This document shows, piece after piece, positions 1-9,518 of a DNA stretch of 64,000 bases. The stretch is taken from assembly GCA_964570365.1 (NCBI GenBank), contig CAZMXT010000001.1, positions 9,440 to 73,439 on the forward strand, read 5' to 3'. The notes beneath the pieces were generated by a model. It was given only the letters and a program-made list of their open reading frames with translations. It made no database searches and was not told where the DNA came from. The translations under genes were made by a program, and so were the position numbers. Source of the DNA: an uncultured Pseudomonadales bacterium (lineage in GTDB: Bacteria > Patescibacteriota > Microgenomatia > UBA1400 > PJMF01). The first letter of the stretch is position 1; the number at the start of each line of letters is the position of its first letter.

Positions 1-2043
1 TGCACCAGTGTACGTCTTGTAAAAACTAAAGATATTCCACCAGATCACAAAGATTTTTTTACGCAGCTCAGAAACATCTTTTTCGCTAAAGTTTAGATTA
101 TCAGCCTTCATCACCACCGAGCTCATCAAGTATAAGCGCAAACTATCTACTCCATACTTATTGATCAACAGCATTGGGTCAGGGTAATTTTTCTTGGACT
201 TACTCATCTTAGAGCCATCTTCAGCCAGAATTGTTCCCGTCGTTACTGCATTCTGGAAAGCTGGCGCCTCAAAGATTCCCACTGACAAGACGTGCATACA
301 GTAGAACCAAGCTCGAGTTTGGGCGATGTACTCTGAGATAAACTGCGCTGGGTAGCTACTTTCAAACTCTGACTTGTGCTCGAATGGATAGTGTCGAGAA
401 GCAAAAGGCATACTGCCACTCTCCACCCAACAGTCAAAAACTTCGGGCGTACGCTTCCCTTTAACAGTTTTTGCATCATCAATCCAGACTTCAATATCAT
501 CTAAGAATTCGCGATGAATATCCGTTAAGGACTCCACTTGTGACGGAACTACCGCCCATTTCTGTAACTCCTCAATTGAACTGACCACCCTATATTGAGT
601 GGACAGCCCGACACTCGACTTTTTCCCAGCAGCGACCCAAATTGGCATTGGCGTTCCCCAATACCGAGAGCGAGAAATATTCCAATCTGGAGCAGTCTCT
701 AGGCCCTTACCAAATCGCCCGTGCTTGAGGTGCTCTGGATACCAGTCAACACTTTCGTTACTCTTGATTAACTCGGGCTTGAGCTTTTGGACGTCAATAA
801 ACCACGCTGGTACCGCACTATAGTACAGTGGAGTGCTGCAACGATAACAAAATGGATACGAGTGGGTGTATTTTTCAGCCTTGAAAACAAGATTTAGCTT
901 TTCGAGTTCGTCTATTAGCGTCTGCTCAGCCTTTTTGTAGAACATGCCCGCCACTGGCGTCACAAACTTAAAGAACTTTCCTTCATCATCTAAAGTAGGC
1001 ACACATGGCAGATTTTTCTCTTGGGCCAACGCATAGTCATCCTCCCCATAAATAGCGGCGGTGTGTACGATGCCCGTTCCATCAGTCAGGCTAACAAAAT
1101 TTGCGGTGGTGACGTAGTGGGCTTTTTTAGCATCAAGTGGCATGTAGTTAAATAACGGTTCATACTCAATCTTCTCGAGGTCTTTTCCTTTTACCGTTTC
1201 TATAATCTCAGGGTGGTGAATTTCGCGCATCTTGGCAACTTCAGTGACTTTATCTTTAGCCACCCAGTAAAAATCACCTTCAATCTCTATCTTTGAGTAC
1301 TCGGCATCGGGTAAGACTGCTAAAGCCACATTCCCAGGTAAGGTCCATGGCGTCGTCGTCCAAGCCAGGAAGTACTCATTTTTAGTATCTTTCCGCCGGA
1401 ACTTGATGTACACCGAGTTGTCTTGCACATCCTTATAGGAGTTATCCATGGCAATCTCGAAGTTAGATAATGGCGTAGCACAACGCGGACAGTAAAGCAC
1501 CACTTTGCGGCCTTGGTATATAAGCTCCTTTTGATCAAGCTGAGCAAAGCCCCACCAGACAGACTCCATATAAGTCTTATCCATGGTTTTGTAGGAGTTC
1601 TTGAAGTCTACCCAGCGGCCAATTCGGCGAATGATTACTTCCCAATCTTTATCAAAGCGCAGAATTGCCGACCGACAAGCCTGGTTAAAGTTATCAATCC
1701 CAAAAGTTTCAATACCTTTTTTACCACCCTTTAGGTCGAGCTCCTTCTCGATCATGTTCTCGATTGGTAGGCCATGACAGTCCCAACCCCAAACTCGATC
1801 AACTCGATAGCCCTTCATGGTCCAGTAGCGAGGGATAACATCTTTAATTGTGGAGGCTAAGATATGACCGTAATGGGGCAAACCTGTCGCAAATGGAGGT
1901 CCATCGTAGAAAATGTAGGGTTTCGACTCAGGTCGCTGCTCTACCGACTTCTTAAATGTTTGATCTTGATCCCAAAACGCTAACACTTCCTCCTCTAGCT
2001 TTGGGAAGTCTGGTAATTGAGCTATATTTGCTAGTTTCGGCAT
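1..2043 (-). CDS. ileS: Isoleucine--tRNA ligase, class 2 (IleRS2); partial, runs off the left edge
   Basis: Absent from the ORF track because it has no stop in the window. Manual translation from ATG at 2043 gives MPKLANIAQLPDFPKLEEEVLAFW...YDGPPFATGLPHYGHILASTIKD...WGWDCHGLPIE, with ILAEDGSKMSKSKKNYPDP near 180-230. These HIGH-like (HYGH) and KMSKS motifs are typical of IleRS2. Confidence 0.96.
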   Translation of the reverse strand, partial: MPKLANIAQLPDFPKLEEEVLAFWDQDQTFKKSVEQRPESKPYIFYDGPPFATGLPHYGHILASTIKDVIPRYWTMKGYRVDRVWGWDCHGLPIENMIEKELDLKGGKKGIETFGIDNFNQACRSAILRFDKDWEVIIRRIGRWVDFKNSYKTMDKTYMESVWWGFAQLDQKELIYQGRKVVLYCPRCATPLSNFEIAMDNSYKDVQDNSVYIKFRRKDTKNEYFLAWTTTPWTLPGNVALAVLPDAEYSKIEIEGDFYWVAKDKVTEVAKMREIHHPEIIETVKGKDLEKIEYEPLFNYMPLDAKKAHYVTTANFVSLTDGTGIVHTAAIYGEDDYALAQEKNLPCVPTLDDEGKFFKFVTPVAGMFYKKAEQTLIDELEKLNLVFKAEKYTHSYPFCYRCSTPLYYSAVPAWFIDVQKLKPELIKSNESVDWYPEHLKHGRFGKGLETAPDWNISRSRYWGTPMPIWVAAGKKSSVGLSTQYRVVSSIEELQKWAVVPSQVESLTDIHREFLDDIEVWIDDAKTVKGKRTPEVFDCWVESGSMPFASRHYPFEHKSEFESSYPAQFISEYIAQTRAWFYCMHVLSVGIFEAPAFQNAVTTGTILAEDGSKMSKSKKNYPDPMLLINKYGVDSLRLYLMSSVVMKADNLNFSEKDVSELRKKIFVIWWNIFSFYKTYTGA

Positions 2044-2092
2044 AAAAAAAGCCTTTCACTCCCACTACAATTAATGAGAACAAAAGGCTTTT
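2044..2092 (-). terminator. T-box attenuator (terminator/sequestrator) hairpin directly before the ileS ATG
   Basis: Minus strand GCCTTTTGTTCTCATTA-ATTG-TAGTGGGAGTGAAAGGC pairs fully when G-U is allowed and is followed by TTTTTTT then ATG. Confidence 0.8.
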
Positions 2093-2270
2093 CTTGAAAA
2101 TTTCAGCAGCTTTGCTGAGGTTCTCAAAGAAAAAGGTACCAACCTTTTTATACTTCGTTACTGCTGTTACGGGCGTACCCGGCTTGGTCTATTTTTTCTA
2201 GCTGATAGTGTTGACTTCAGACAGAAATTTCTTCAAGCGCCTTGCTCAGTGATGCTGAACTCAAACGGTT
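2044..2270 (-). promoter_or_regulatory. T-box riboswitch (Ile, AUC specifier) in the ileS leader
   Basis: On the minus strand: short hairpin GTTCAG-CATCA-CTGAGC with ATC at 2253-2251; stem II closed by GCTTG/CAAGC (2238-2182); stem IIA CGGG-TACG-CCCG-TAACAGC (2181-2163); T-box bulge TGGTACC (2141-2135) in an AAAAGGT/GCCTTTT antiterminator; a mutually exclusive hairpin with a T7 tract follows. Confidence 0.85.
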
Positions 2271-2300
2271 ATGGATTTATTATATACCATCTTGGATCAA

Positions 2301-3683
2301 TTAAGCCGGGACCATCTTCCCATCAAGCATTTGACTCATCGTTTGCCACAGATTTGTATGAGGCTCCGCTTTATCAGGAATTTGCTGTAATCTTTTTTCT
2401 AACTCACGTCTCATCTCGTCTGCAATTATTGTTAAGCCAGCATCTCTAAGATGTTCGATTCCTTGCAACATGAAGAGGACATTAATTCTGCCGGAAGTAT
2501 GTGGGTCTTCAAAGAATGTTGCACAGCTGGTAAGAGCAGCTAGCATTGAGGACTCAGCACTCAGTATCGACATTGTTACATTTGAGTAAATGCCGCCAGG
2601 GTTATTTAAAGCATCAGAAAAGTTTTCCTCCAACCAATGACGGTGCTCATTAGGTAGTTGTGAGTATGCTACTTGTTTTATCCAGCCATTCATATCTTTG
2701 CACAATTGGTAAAAGGGCTTCTTCCACTCGCTGTTAGGGCCGCAAGCACAAATGTCATTCCACCTCCGCAAGTCTCCACAGTGACAGCTCCATGCGCTTC
2801 TTTCAACTAGATGGCCATTATGGTGCCCATCGTGAATATTAAATCCCACTCGATCCCAAATTTGTTCAAGTTGATTAATAGAGATGATCGAAGTTCCTCT
2901 ATTTGGCAGTGCTATTGTAAGTAAGTAATGAAGGAACTCAGCTCCACCCTTCCAGTGGTGGCCAAAAGTTTCAGCATCTGTAAAAGTTACTAAAGGCAAA
3001 CCATCGACCACCCGCATAAATGCTGGAAGTAGTTGGTCAACAACAAAGTTGTTTGCATTATGTTTAGGCTCAAAAGCAAATGCATGAGAGGCCTGCTTAT
3101 CGAAAGGAATAGCCTGCAGAACTCTTCCACTGGGTAAGGTCAGTTTAGTTGGCCTGTTATCAGAAGCAACTCCGGCTTCATCTTGCCGAACTTGATGCGG
3201 AGCCAACATTAAGCCTTTGTATCCAGCAGCCGCTATTTCTTCTAGAACTAACGTGGAGAGAGCTGATTCGGGCGCCCAAAAAAATAGGGGGGCTACTCCT
3301 CCTGAATCTCTTGTAAATTGTATTTTTCCTGCTCTGATTAAAAGTTGTACATCATCATGTGGGAGGTCTGGCAAGATTGCATGAATAAAGGAATCTCCAA
3401 TACCATTATTTCCTAGATTCCGATTAATTTCAGCTCCAGTATTGGGATCTATTTCACTAACGCTGTGACGAACAGTTGCATATGCATCAAATGTTGCTAG
3501 AGCAAAAACCCCCAGATCAGCTAAAACTCTATAACATTCTGCATTTACTACAGCTGTCCAGTCCTCACCCATGGGGTCTGTACTAACATGACTAAATTGG
3601 TTGTGCTTGGGATGACGAGGAGGCTGATACTGATGAAAACCAGGTATGTAAGAGCTCTCATTCTTATCGCCTTGGAAAGCCAT
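2301..3683 (-). CDS. Glycoside hydrolase family 57 (DUF3536-type) protein
   Basis: GH57-like conserved regions FHQYQPPR, WAPE (nucleophile Glu), DAETFGHH, WSC and TSCATFFED. Confidence 0.8.
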   Translation of the reverse strand: MAFQGDKNESSYIPGFHQYQPPRHPKHNQFSHVSTDPMGEDWTAVVNAECYRVLADLGVFALATFDAYATVRHSVSEIDPNTGAEINRNLGNNGIGDSFIHAILPDLPHDDVQLLIRAGKIQFTRDSGGVAPLFFWAPESALSTLVLEEIAAAGYKGLMLAPHQVRQDEAGVASDNRPTKLTLPSGRVLQAIPFDKQASHAFAFEPKHNANNFVVDQLLPAFMRVVDGLPLVTFTDAETFGHHWKGGAEFLHYLLTIALPNRGTSIISINQLEQIWDRVGFNIHDGHHNGHLVERSAWSCHCGDLRRWNDICACGPNSEWKKPFYQLCKDMNGWIKQVAYSQLPNEHRHWLEENFSDALNNPGGIYSNVTMSILSAESSMLAALTSCATFFEDPHTSGRINVLFMLQGIEHLRDAGLTIIADEMRRELEKRLQQIPDKAEPHTNLWQTMSQMLDGKMVPA

Positions 3684-3690
3684 AAAACAG

Positions 3691-3719
3691 ATAGTAGACT
3701 TCTAAAGTTCTACAGTCAA
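3691..3719 (-). promoter_or_regulatory. Sigma70-type promoter for the GH57 gene (leaderless layout)
   Basis: Minus strand TTGACT-17 nt-TACTAT-7 nt-ATG. Confidence 0.7.
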
Positions 3720-3740
3720 TACATCAAGGATATGTTGGAA

Positions 3741-5126
3741 TTACTTCTTATTCCGTAGAAATGCGGGGATATCGAACTCATCCTCAAACTCATTAGCTCC
3801 ACCCACTTGAGAGACTGGTAGGGGGGTAGTTATTGCAGAGTGATCAGAAGAATCGTCGTTGGGAGCGCTATTATCTCCAGCTGAAGTAGTAGTAGTAGTA
3901 GTAGCGGCTGGCATGCCAAATGCATCTCCAAAGGCCTGAGATCGAACTAAAGGTGTCTGCATGGCTGCAGGTGGAGTGTTAAGGCTCGAAGCAATTTGAC
4001 TAGTAGTTTGAGGCTGGGTAAAGGAAGTGGGAGCCCGATCAATCCTCGGGCTGTCACTCGATATCGAGTCACTTGTAGAGGAACGATCTGCTGGCTTAGA
4101 AAGTCGTGATCCTGATTCCCTCCCAAAGGCACCAAAAAGTGGTCTGTTAGAAGATGAATATCCCATCTGCTTTTCATCAAAACCCGTTGCGATCACACTG
4201 ATTTTAATTGTTGATCCCATGTTCTCATCAATCGTTGCTCCAAAAATGATGTTGGCATCTGGTGCAGCGGCTGAGGCAATAATCGTGGATGCATCAGAAA
4301 CTTCACTCATCGACATGTCAGGGCCACCAATAATGTTATAGAGAATGCCCTTCGCCCCGTCTATTGATACCTCCAGCAATGGAGAAGAAACGGCCATTCG
4401 GGCTGCAGTCGCAGCTCGGTTTTCTCCGCTCGCTTGACCAATTCCCATTAAGGCTGAGCCTGATTCGGACATAATCGTCTTGACATCAGCAAAGTCGACG
4501 TTAATCAAGCCAGGAACTGTAATCAGATCTGAGATGCCTTGAACGCCTTGACCTAAAACGTTGTCAGCCAAGCGGAAAGCGTCGAGTAACGTCATTTTCT
4601 TATCAACTACATCCATCAAGCGTTGATTAGGAATGACAATCAACGTGTCAACATTATCTTTGAGCTGCTCAATCCCTTCTTCAGCTGATTGCATCCGTCG
4701 AATACCTTCAAAAGCAAATGGCTTCGTCACTACGGCTACTGTTAGAGCCCCAGATTCCTTGGCAATCTCAGCAATGACTGGAGAAGCACCAGTTCCGGTC
4801 CCACCACCCATGCCAGCCGTGATAAAGACCATATCGGAATCGTAGAGCAGATCTTTTAATTTTTCGCGGCTCTCTTCAGCGGCAGTATGCCCTACTTCAG
4901 GATCAGCGCCAGAACCCAAACCCTTTGTGAAGTTGCTGCCTATTTGAACTTTTGTTTCTGCCTTGGAGGAAAGAAGCGCTTGCGCATCAGTATTCACGGT
5001 GATGAACTCAACGCCTTGAATTTGGTTCGAGGTAATCATCGAGTTCACCGCATTTCCACCGCCACCACCAACTCCGACGACCTTAATCTTAGCGAAAGTG
5101 GTATTGCTTGGTTTAACGAGACCCAT
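3741..5126 (-). CDS. ftsZ: Cell division protein FtsZ
   Basis: [12 protein letters not shown], tubulin signature [19 protein letters not shown] and C-terminal peptide FDIPAFLR. Start placed at ATG 5126 after AAGGA (ORF track starts at 5144). Confidence 0.98.
   Translation of the reverse strand: MGLVKPSNTTFAKIKVVGVGGGGGNAVNSMITSNQIQGVEFITVNTDAQALLSSKAETKVQIGSNFTKGLGSGADPEVGHTAAEESREKLKDLLYDSDMVFITAGMGGGTGTGASPVIAEIAKESGALTVAVVTKPFAFEGIRRMQSAEEGIEQLKDNVDTLIVIPNQRLMDVVDKKMTLLDAFRLADNVLGQGVQGISDLITVPGLINVDFADVKTIMSESGSALMGIGQASGENRAATAARMAVSSPLLEVSIDGAKGILYNIIGGPDMSMSEVSDASTIIASAAAPDANIIFGATIDENMGSTIKISVIATGFDEKQMGYSSSNRPLFGAFGRESGSRLSKPADRSSTSDSISSDSPRIDRAPTSFTQPQTTSQIASSLNTPPAAMQTPLVRSQAFGDAFGMPAATTTTTTSAGDNSAPNDDSSDHSAITTPLPVSQVGGANEFEDEFDIPAFLRNKK
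3885..3904 (-). repeat. (ACT)n trinucleotide run encoding poly-Thr in the FtsZ linker
   Basis: Plus strand agtagtagtagtagtagtag; protein reads [11 protein letters not shown]. Confidence 0.8.
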
Positions 5127-5195
5127 GAGTTCCTTGGAAATCAAGTAATGTTGCGCTGTATCTTATCATTTCTTTGCAAACATGGGAAAGGCATT

Positions 5196-6506
5196 TTATG
5201 GGAGCACCGACTTGATTAGCGCTACACCTTTTTGAATGATAGCTCCTACTTTAATTTTCTGAAACATTTGGCTGATTCGGAAGTTGCTAGCGTTGGGACG
5301 CCCTCCACCGCGCTTTGCTGCGTAGGTCAGTAAACCAATAGCGGTAGCATAAGAAGGCTTCTGAATATCATCGATCAAGCCTTTCAATTCGGTCGGTTGA
5401 CCTACTCGAGCTGGCAGGTTCAGTGTTCGCTTGGCTACTTCCACAATACCAACTGTTTCGGCACCGCCACCTGAAAGAACCAGCCCCGCGGGAACCAAGG
5501 GGACTAGGTGATGCTTTTGCAGATCTTGTAAGATCATAGTGAACATTTCTTTCATTCGAGGTACCATGATGCCTTCAACCAGCGTTCGCTTTGAGAGTGT
5601 GTCAACATTTTCGTAAATTCCCAGCTGGACTAAATCTAAGTTATCTTCGGCTTTTTGTCTTTTTCTAAAGTCTTCTTTAGATTCTTCAGAATGAGGCTTC
5701 AGATTCAGTAATTGGTCTTGAGAAAGTGAGAGCTTAATTTTTTCTGCCGCATCTAAGCTGATTCGGCAACCTAGAGCAATATCTTGGGTAATGTGGCGGG
5801 CACCAATAGGCAACACCCCTGAGTACGTCAGTGCTCCTTCTACATAGGCACAGACAGACGTTGAGCCAGCGCCAATATCGACTAAGACAACTCCCAGCTC
5901 TTTCTCTGTTTCTGAGACCATCACTTCAGCAGCTGCTAAGCCGGAAAACACAAAGCCATCTAGTTCCAAACCCAGATCTTGAACTATCTTGGCTAGATTC
6001 TTTAAGGCTGTAGTCTGGGCAGTAATAATGTGCGCTTCAGCTTCCAAGCGAACTCCCGTCATACCCACTGGGTCTTTAATGCCTTGCTGAGCATCAACGG
6101 CGAAATCTCGTGGAATAACATGAATAATCTCCCGCGCGGAGGGCAAAGAAATAGCTCGAGCCGCTTCTAATACTCGAGAGACGTCCTCAGCTGTAATCTC
6201 CTGAGTTGGCGCAGCTACTGCCACCACGCCTTTGGAGTTTTGGGAGAGGATATTCGGTCCAGACAGGGAAGCCGTCACTGATTTTGCCTCAACTCCCGCC
6301 ATTCTCTCAGCAGAATCTAAACTACTGGTCATTGTTTCCAGAACATCTTCTAAGTCAACAATCTGGCTTTTGCGCATTCCCTTAGAAGGAACTGCCGCTA
6401 CACCTAAGACCTGAATGCCTCTGTTCTCGGGGTCAACCGCACCAATCAGGGTAACACACTTGTCAGTGCCTAGGTCAATAATAGTAATGGTTGAGGTTCG
6501 CTGCAT
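5196..6506 (-). CDS. ftsA: Cell division protein FtsA
   Basis: IDLGTDK, DPVGMTGVRLE, DIGAGST, LSGGGA, PSYATAIGLL; lies upstream of ftsZ. Start refined to ATG 6506. Confidence 0.96.
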   Translation of the reverse strand: MQRTSTITIIDLGTDKCVTLIGAVDPENRGIQVLGVAAVPSKGMRKSQIVDLEDVLETMTSSLDSAERMAGVEAKSVTASLSGPNILSQNSKGVVAVAAPTQEITAEDVSRVLEAARAISLPSAREIIHVIPRDFAVDAQQGIKDPVGMTGVRLEAEAHIITAQTTALKNLAKIVQDLGLELDGFVFSGLAAAEVMVSETEKELGVVLVDIGAGSTSVCAYVEGALTYSGVLPIGARHITQDIALGCRISLDAAEKIKLSLSQDQLLNLKPHSEESKEDFRKRQKAEDNLDLVQLGIYENVDTLSKRTLVEGIMVPRMKEMFTMILQDLQKHHLVPLVPAGLVLSGGGAETVGIVEVAKRTLNLPARVGQPTELKGLIDDIQKPSYATAIGLLTYAAKRGGGRPNASNFRISQMFQKIKVGAIIQKGVALIKSVLP

Positions 6507-6564
6507 AAAGATAAGGACGTGAACTAGGATACCAAAATCTGAAGGTCTTGTGTACAGCTCTTTT

Positions 6565-7284
6565 TTAAAGTGAGTGTCGCAAAACAATGTGTTGGTACCG
6601 TAGATCTATTATTGTAATCGGTTCTTTGAGTTCTTGAAAGTCAAAAGAATTGAGCAAAAAACGCAGTTTCTCTAGCGAAATGAGTACTTCGTTTAGGTTT
6701 AAGATGGCTGTTCGCGACTCAGGCAGTGTCAGCTCCACTTCGTTTTCAGAGACTAGATTGACTCGACTGCCCTTTAAGCTATCTCTATCAATATTTTCAA
6801 TTAACTCTATGAGATTACTGTGCAACGATGAATTTATTCTCCCTCGTAGTTGCATTGGAGGTAAGAAAGTTTGCTGCTGATTAATCACTGGTAGCCCGCT
6901 TTGACTTGCTGCTTGTGAAATAATGTATCCTGCTTCATCAACCACCCAAAGCAGACCCGCTTTTTCTTGCAAGATATACTTTTCAACTGAAGGTATAAAC
7001 TCAATCTGAACTTCCTGAGGCAATTTTTTTTTGATCTGAAAACTCTGCAGGAACGGGGCATATTCAGTAATTTGTTGACCTATTTGATAAAAGTCAGTAA
7101 AAAAGATTGATTTTCCTTTATACGATTCTAACTCTGCAACGACATAGTCTGGACACACGTCTTGAGATACTTGGCAAGTAATCTGCCGGACGGTAAAAAG
7201 CTGAGTAACATGGGCATAGACCCCGGTAATTAGGAGTAAAAGTAGACAGAACAAGGCCAGCAGGGGCTGCCAGTTTTTTCTCAT
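6565..7284 (-). CDS. ftsQ: FtsQ/DivIB-type cell division protein
   Basis: One N-terminal TM, POTRA-like segment (IKKKLPQEVQI), VDEAG, C-terminal IDLRY; sits between murG and ftsA. Confidence 0.8.
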   Translation of the reverse strand: MRKNWQPLLALFCLLLLLITGVYAHVTQLFTVRQITCQVSQDVCPDYVVAELESYKGKSIFFTDFYQIGQQITEYAPFLQSFQIKKKLPQEVQIEFIPSVEKYILQEKAGLLWVVDEAGYIISQAASQSGLPVINQQQTFLPPMQLRGRINSSLHSNLIELIENIDRDSLKGSRVNLVSENEVELTLPESRTAILNLNEVLISLEKLRFLLNSFDFQELKEPITIIDLRYQHIVLRHSL

Positions 7285-7305
7285 TTTTACAGTATACGTA
7301 CTTCG

Positions 7306-8433
7306 CTAGGCCACTGAAAGACGAACTAGGTTGTAGAGCTCTTTGTCTCCATCTAGCTTCACGGTAGACTGAGCGACCTCCGCGTGAAGGTTCAAAGAGC
7401 CCAATTTTTTCTTTGCTCGGGTAATCGACGCTAGCAAGCTCTGAGGAGTAAGGTCTTTTTGAGGTAGAATTATCGCAGAGCCTACGCTTGCCATAACCTC
7501 GGCATTCTTGGATTGTTCATCCTGTGGAGCATGAAGCAGCGGAATCAAAATCGCGGGCTTCGCTAGGGCCATCAGCTCTTGAATCGTGTTCGCCCCTGCT
7601 CTGGAGACCACCAGTGAAGTCTTTCGATAAACCCAAGCCAATTCATTTTCAGTTAACCACTCTCGCACTACGTAATTCTTTTGCTGTTCCGGACTGAGCT
7701 GGTAATGCGCTCTTTCCAAAGTTTTTTGGTAGTCCATCACAACCGTTGGATTTCCACATTGATGAATAACAAACCAGTCTTTAGTGAGTTCAGATAAAAC
7801 TTGTGCCACCATGACGTTAATAATCTGGGAACCTTGATTTCCCCCAGTGATGTAAAGCATGGGCTTAGTTGGTGACTGTTTTAACCAGCTCGGGACTTTT
7901 CCTCTTGTCTCAATTATCTTACTGCGAAGAGGATTGCCTGTCAGAATTGTTTTATTCTGTGAAAATAAAGTCAATGAATCAGGATATGAAACAGCAATTT
8001 TTTTGGCTAACCGAGCAATAAATTGGTTGGCCACACCTGCCACCCGTGTTTGCTCATGAGTAATAATTGGGATGCCAAGCGTGAAGGCTGCGATGGCTAA
8101 TGGCACTGCTAAGTACCCCCCAAAGGATAAAAAAACATCAGGTTGCTCTTGTTTGAGAATCTGACGAGCCCGGACCAAAGAACTGCCAAACTGGATACCT
8201 TGTTTTACTAAAAGGAGGGGTCGAAAAGAGCTGGGTACTTTTCCAGCCCCAAACTCAACAAATGCAACTCCTCGCCGGCTAACTTCCTCTTTTTCCTGAC
8301 TTTGTTGCTTCAACTCAGTTTGGCTAAAGTTTCTCCCGACAAATACAAACTCATCTTTTGCAGGCAACGTTTGGGCATAGTCAATCAAGGCTAATGCTGG
8401 AGTAAGATGACCGCCAGATATAAGTACTTTCAT
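7306..8433 (-). CDS. murG: Undecaprenyl-PP-MurNAc-pentapeptide GlcNAc transferase
   Basis: GGHLTPALA, GGYLAVP, HEQT..GVAN, TGNPLR, GGNQGS, SRAGANT. Confidence 0.95.
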   Translation of the reverse strand: MKVLISGGHLTPALALIDYAQTLPAKDEFVFVGRNFSQTELKQQSQEKEEVSRRGVAFVEFGAGKVPSSFRPLLLVKQGIQFGSSLVRARQILKQEQPDVFLSFGGYLAVPLAIAAFTLGIPIITHEQTRVAGVANQFIARLAKKIAVSYPDSLTLFSQNKTILTGNPLRSKIIETRGKVPSWLKQSPTKPMLYITGGNQGSQIINVMVAQVLSELTKDWFVIHQCGNPTVVMDYQKTLERAHYQLSPEQQKNYVVREWLTENELAWVYRKTSLVVSRAGANTIQELMALAKPAILIPLLHAPQDEQSKNAEVMASVGSAIILPQKDLTPQSLLASITRAKKKLGSLNLHAEVAQSTVKLDGDKELYNLVRLSVA

Positions 8434-9518
8434 ACGCGTGAATGTCGACGGCCTATCCCGATCAAGATGCCGGTAATCGATAATACCATTACCAATGCCG
8501 TTCCCCCGTAAGAAAAGAAAGGTAAAGGTACTCCTGTTAAGGGAACCAACGCTACAATTGACGCCAAATTTAAGACAATTTGCATTCCTATCCAGATCAT
8601 AATTCCCGCTGCCAGAAGGTGCTCGTACGAGCCTTCGACAGTTTTTTGGACAATTTTGTATGCTAACCTCAAGTATAAAGCAAACGAAGCAAAGACTAGC
8701 AGCGAACCTAAAAATCCCACCTCCTCGGCTACAATCGCAAAGATGGAGTCTGTACTCGCTTCAGGAATATAAGAAAATTTTTGACGCGACTTTCCAATTC
8801 CCTGGCCGAACAGTCCGCCATTTCCCAAAGCAATCGTAATTTGGCGGATGTGGAAACTTGCTCCTAATGGATCTGATTCCGGATTCAGAAAGGTGGTCAC
8901 CCGCTGGTATCGATAGGGTGATGTCACTACGAGCAGAATTAAGCAAAGAACTCCAGCTACTCCCGTAAATAAAAACGTTTTTAATGGTGCACCAGCCAAA
9001 AAATAGAGACCAAATGCAATAGCCAAAGTAATCAGAGCAGAACCCATATCAGGCTGAAGAAAAAGTAATCCGACTGGAATCAGAGTCAAAAAGAGAAAAG
9101 GACCTAATTTTTGATGCTTTTCCATCCAGCTAGCAAAAAAACAAATCATGGCAAACTTGACTAGTTCTACTGGCTGAAAACTAAATCCTAAAAAACCTAT
9201 CCACCTGCGCGCGCCATTCACCTCAAAGCCTATCCCTGGCACAAAAACCAGCAATAAGAGAAAGATACTCAGACCATATAGAAGTGGAGCACTCTTTTTC
9301 CAGACCTGACTGGGCACTATCACTCCAGCTATGAGACCCACCAGACCTACTATCAGCCAGAGGGCCTGTTGGCGCACAAAGTAAAATTGATTTCCAAATC
9401 GGGCAAAAGCTTCGGCGACTGAGGCCTCAAAAACAAAAAGCAGACCAACTACTGATAAAAGTAACGTTAATAAAAGTAGCGCTTTCTCTGGTGTTGGTAC
9501 AGGTTTTTTTAAGTTCAT
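8430..9518 (-). CDS. ftsW: SEDS-family peptidoglycan polymerase FtsW
   Basis: NGARRWI, FQPVELVK, QPDMGS, PEASTDSIF, PLTGVPLPFFSYGGT; multi-pass membrane protein. Confidence 0.95.
   Translation of the reverse strand: MNLKKPVPTPEKALLLLTLLLSVVGLLFVFEASVAEAFARFGNQFYFVRQQALWLIVGLVGLIAGVIVPSQVWKKSAPLLYGLSIFLLLLVFVPGIGFEVNGARRWIGFLGFSFQPVELVKFAMICFFASWMEKHQKLGPFLFLTLIPVGLLFLQPDMGSALITLAIAFGLYFLAGAPLKTFLFTGVAGVLCLILLVVTSPYRYQRVTTFLNPESDPLGASFHIRQITIALGNGGLFGQGIGKSRQKFSYIPEASTDSIFAIVAEEVGFLGSLLVFASFALYLRLAYKIVQKTVEGSYEHLLAAGIMIWIGMQIVLNLASIVALVPLTGVPLPFFSYGGTALVMVLSITGILIGIGRRHSRV

Noticed and set aside
243-1734. Short ORFs 243..500, 599..823, 1320..1547 and 1513..1734
   Set aside because: They are alternative-frame or antisense shadows of the ileS frame.
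3885-3904. Tandem repeat as a CRISPR or mobile-element signature
   Set aside because: It is a simple coding trinucleotide run with no spacers, cas genes or transposase.
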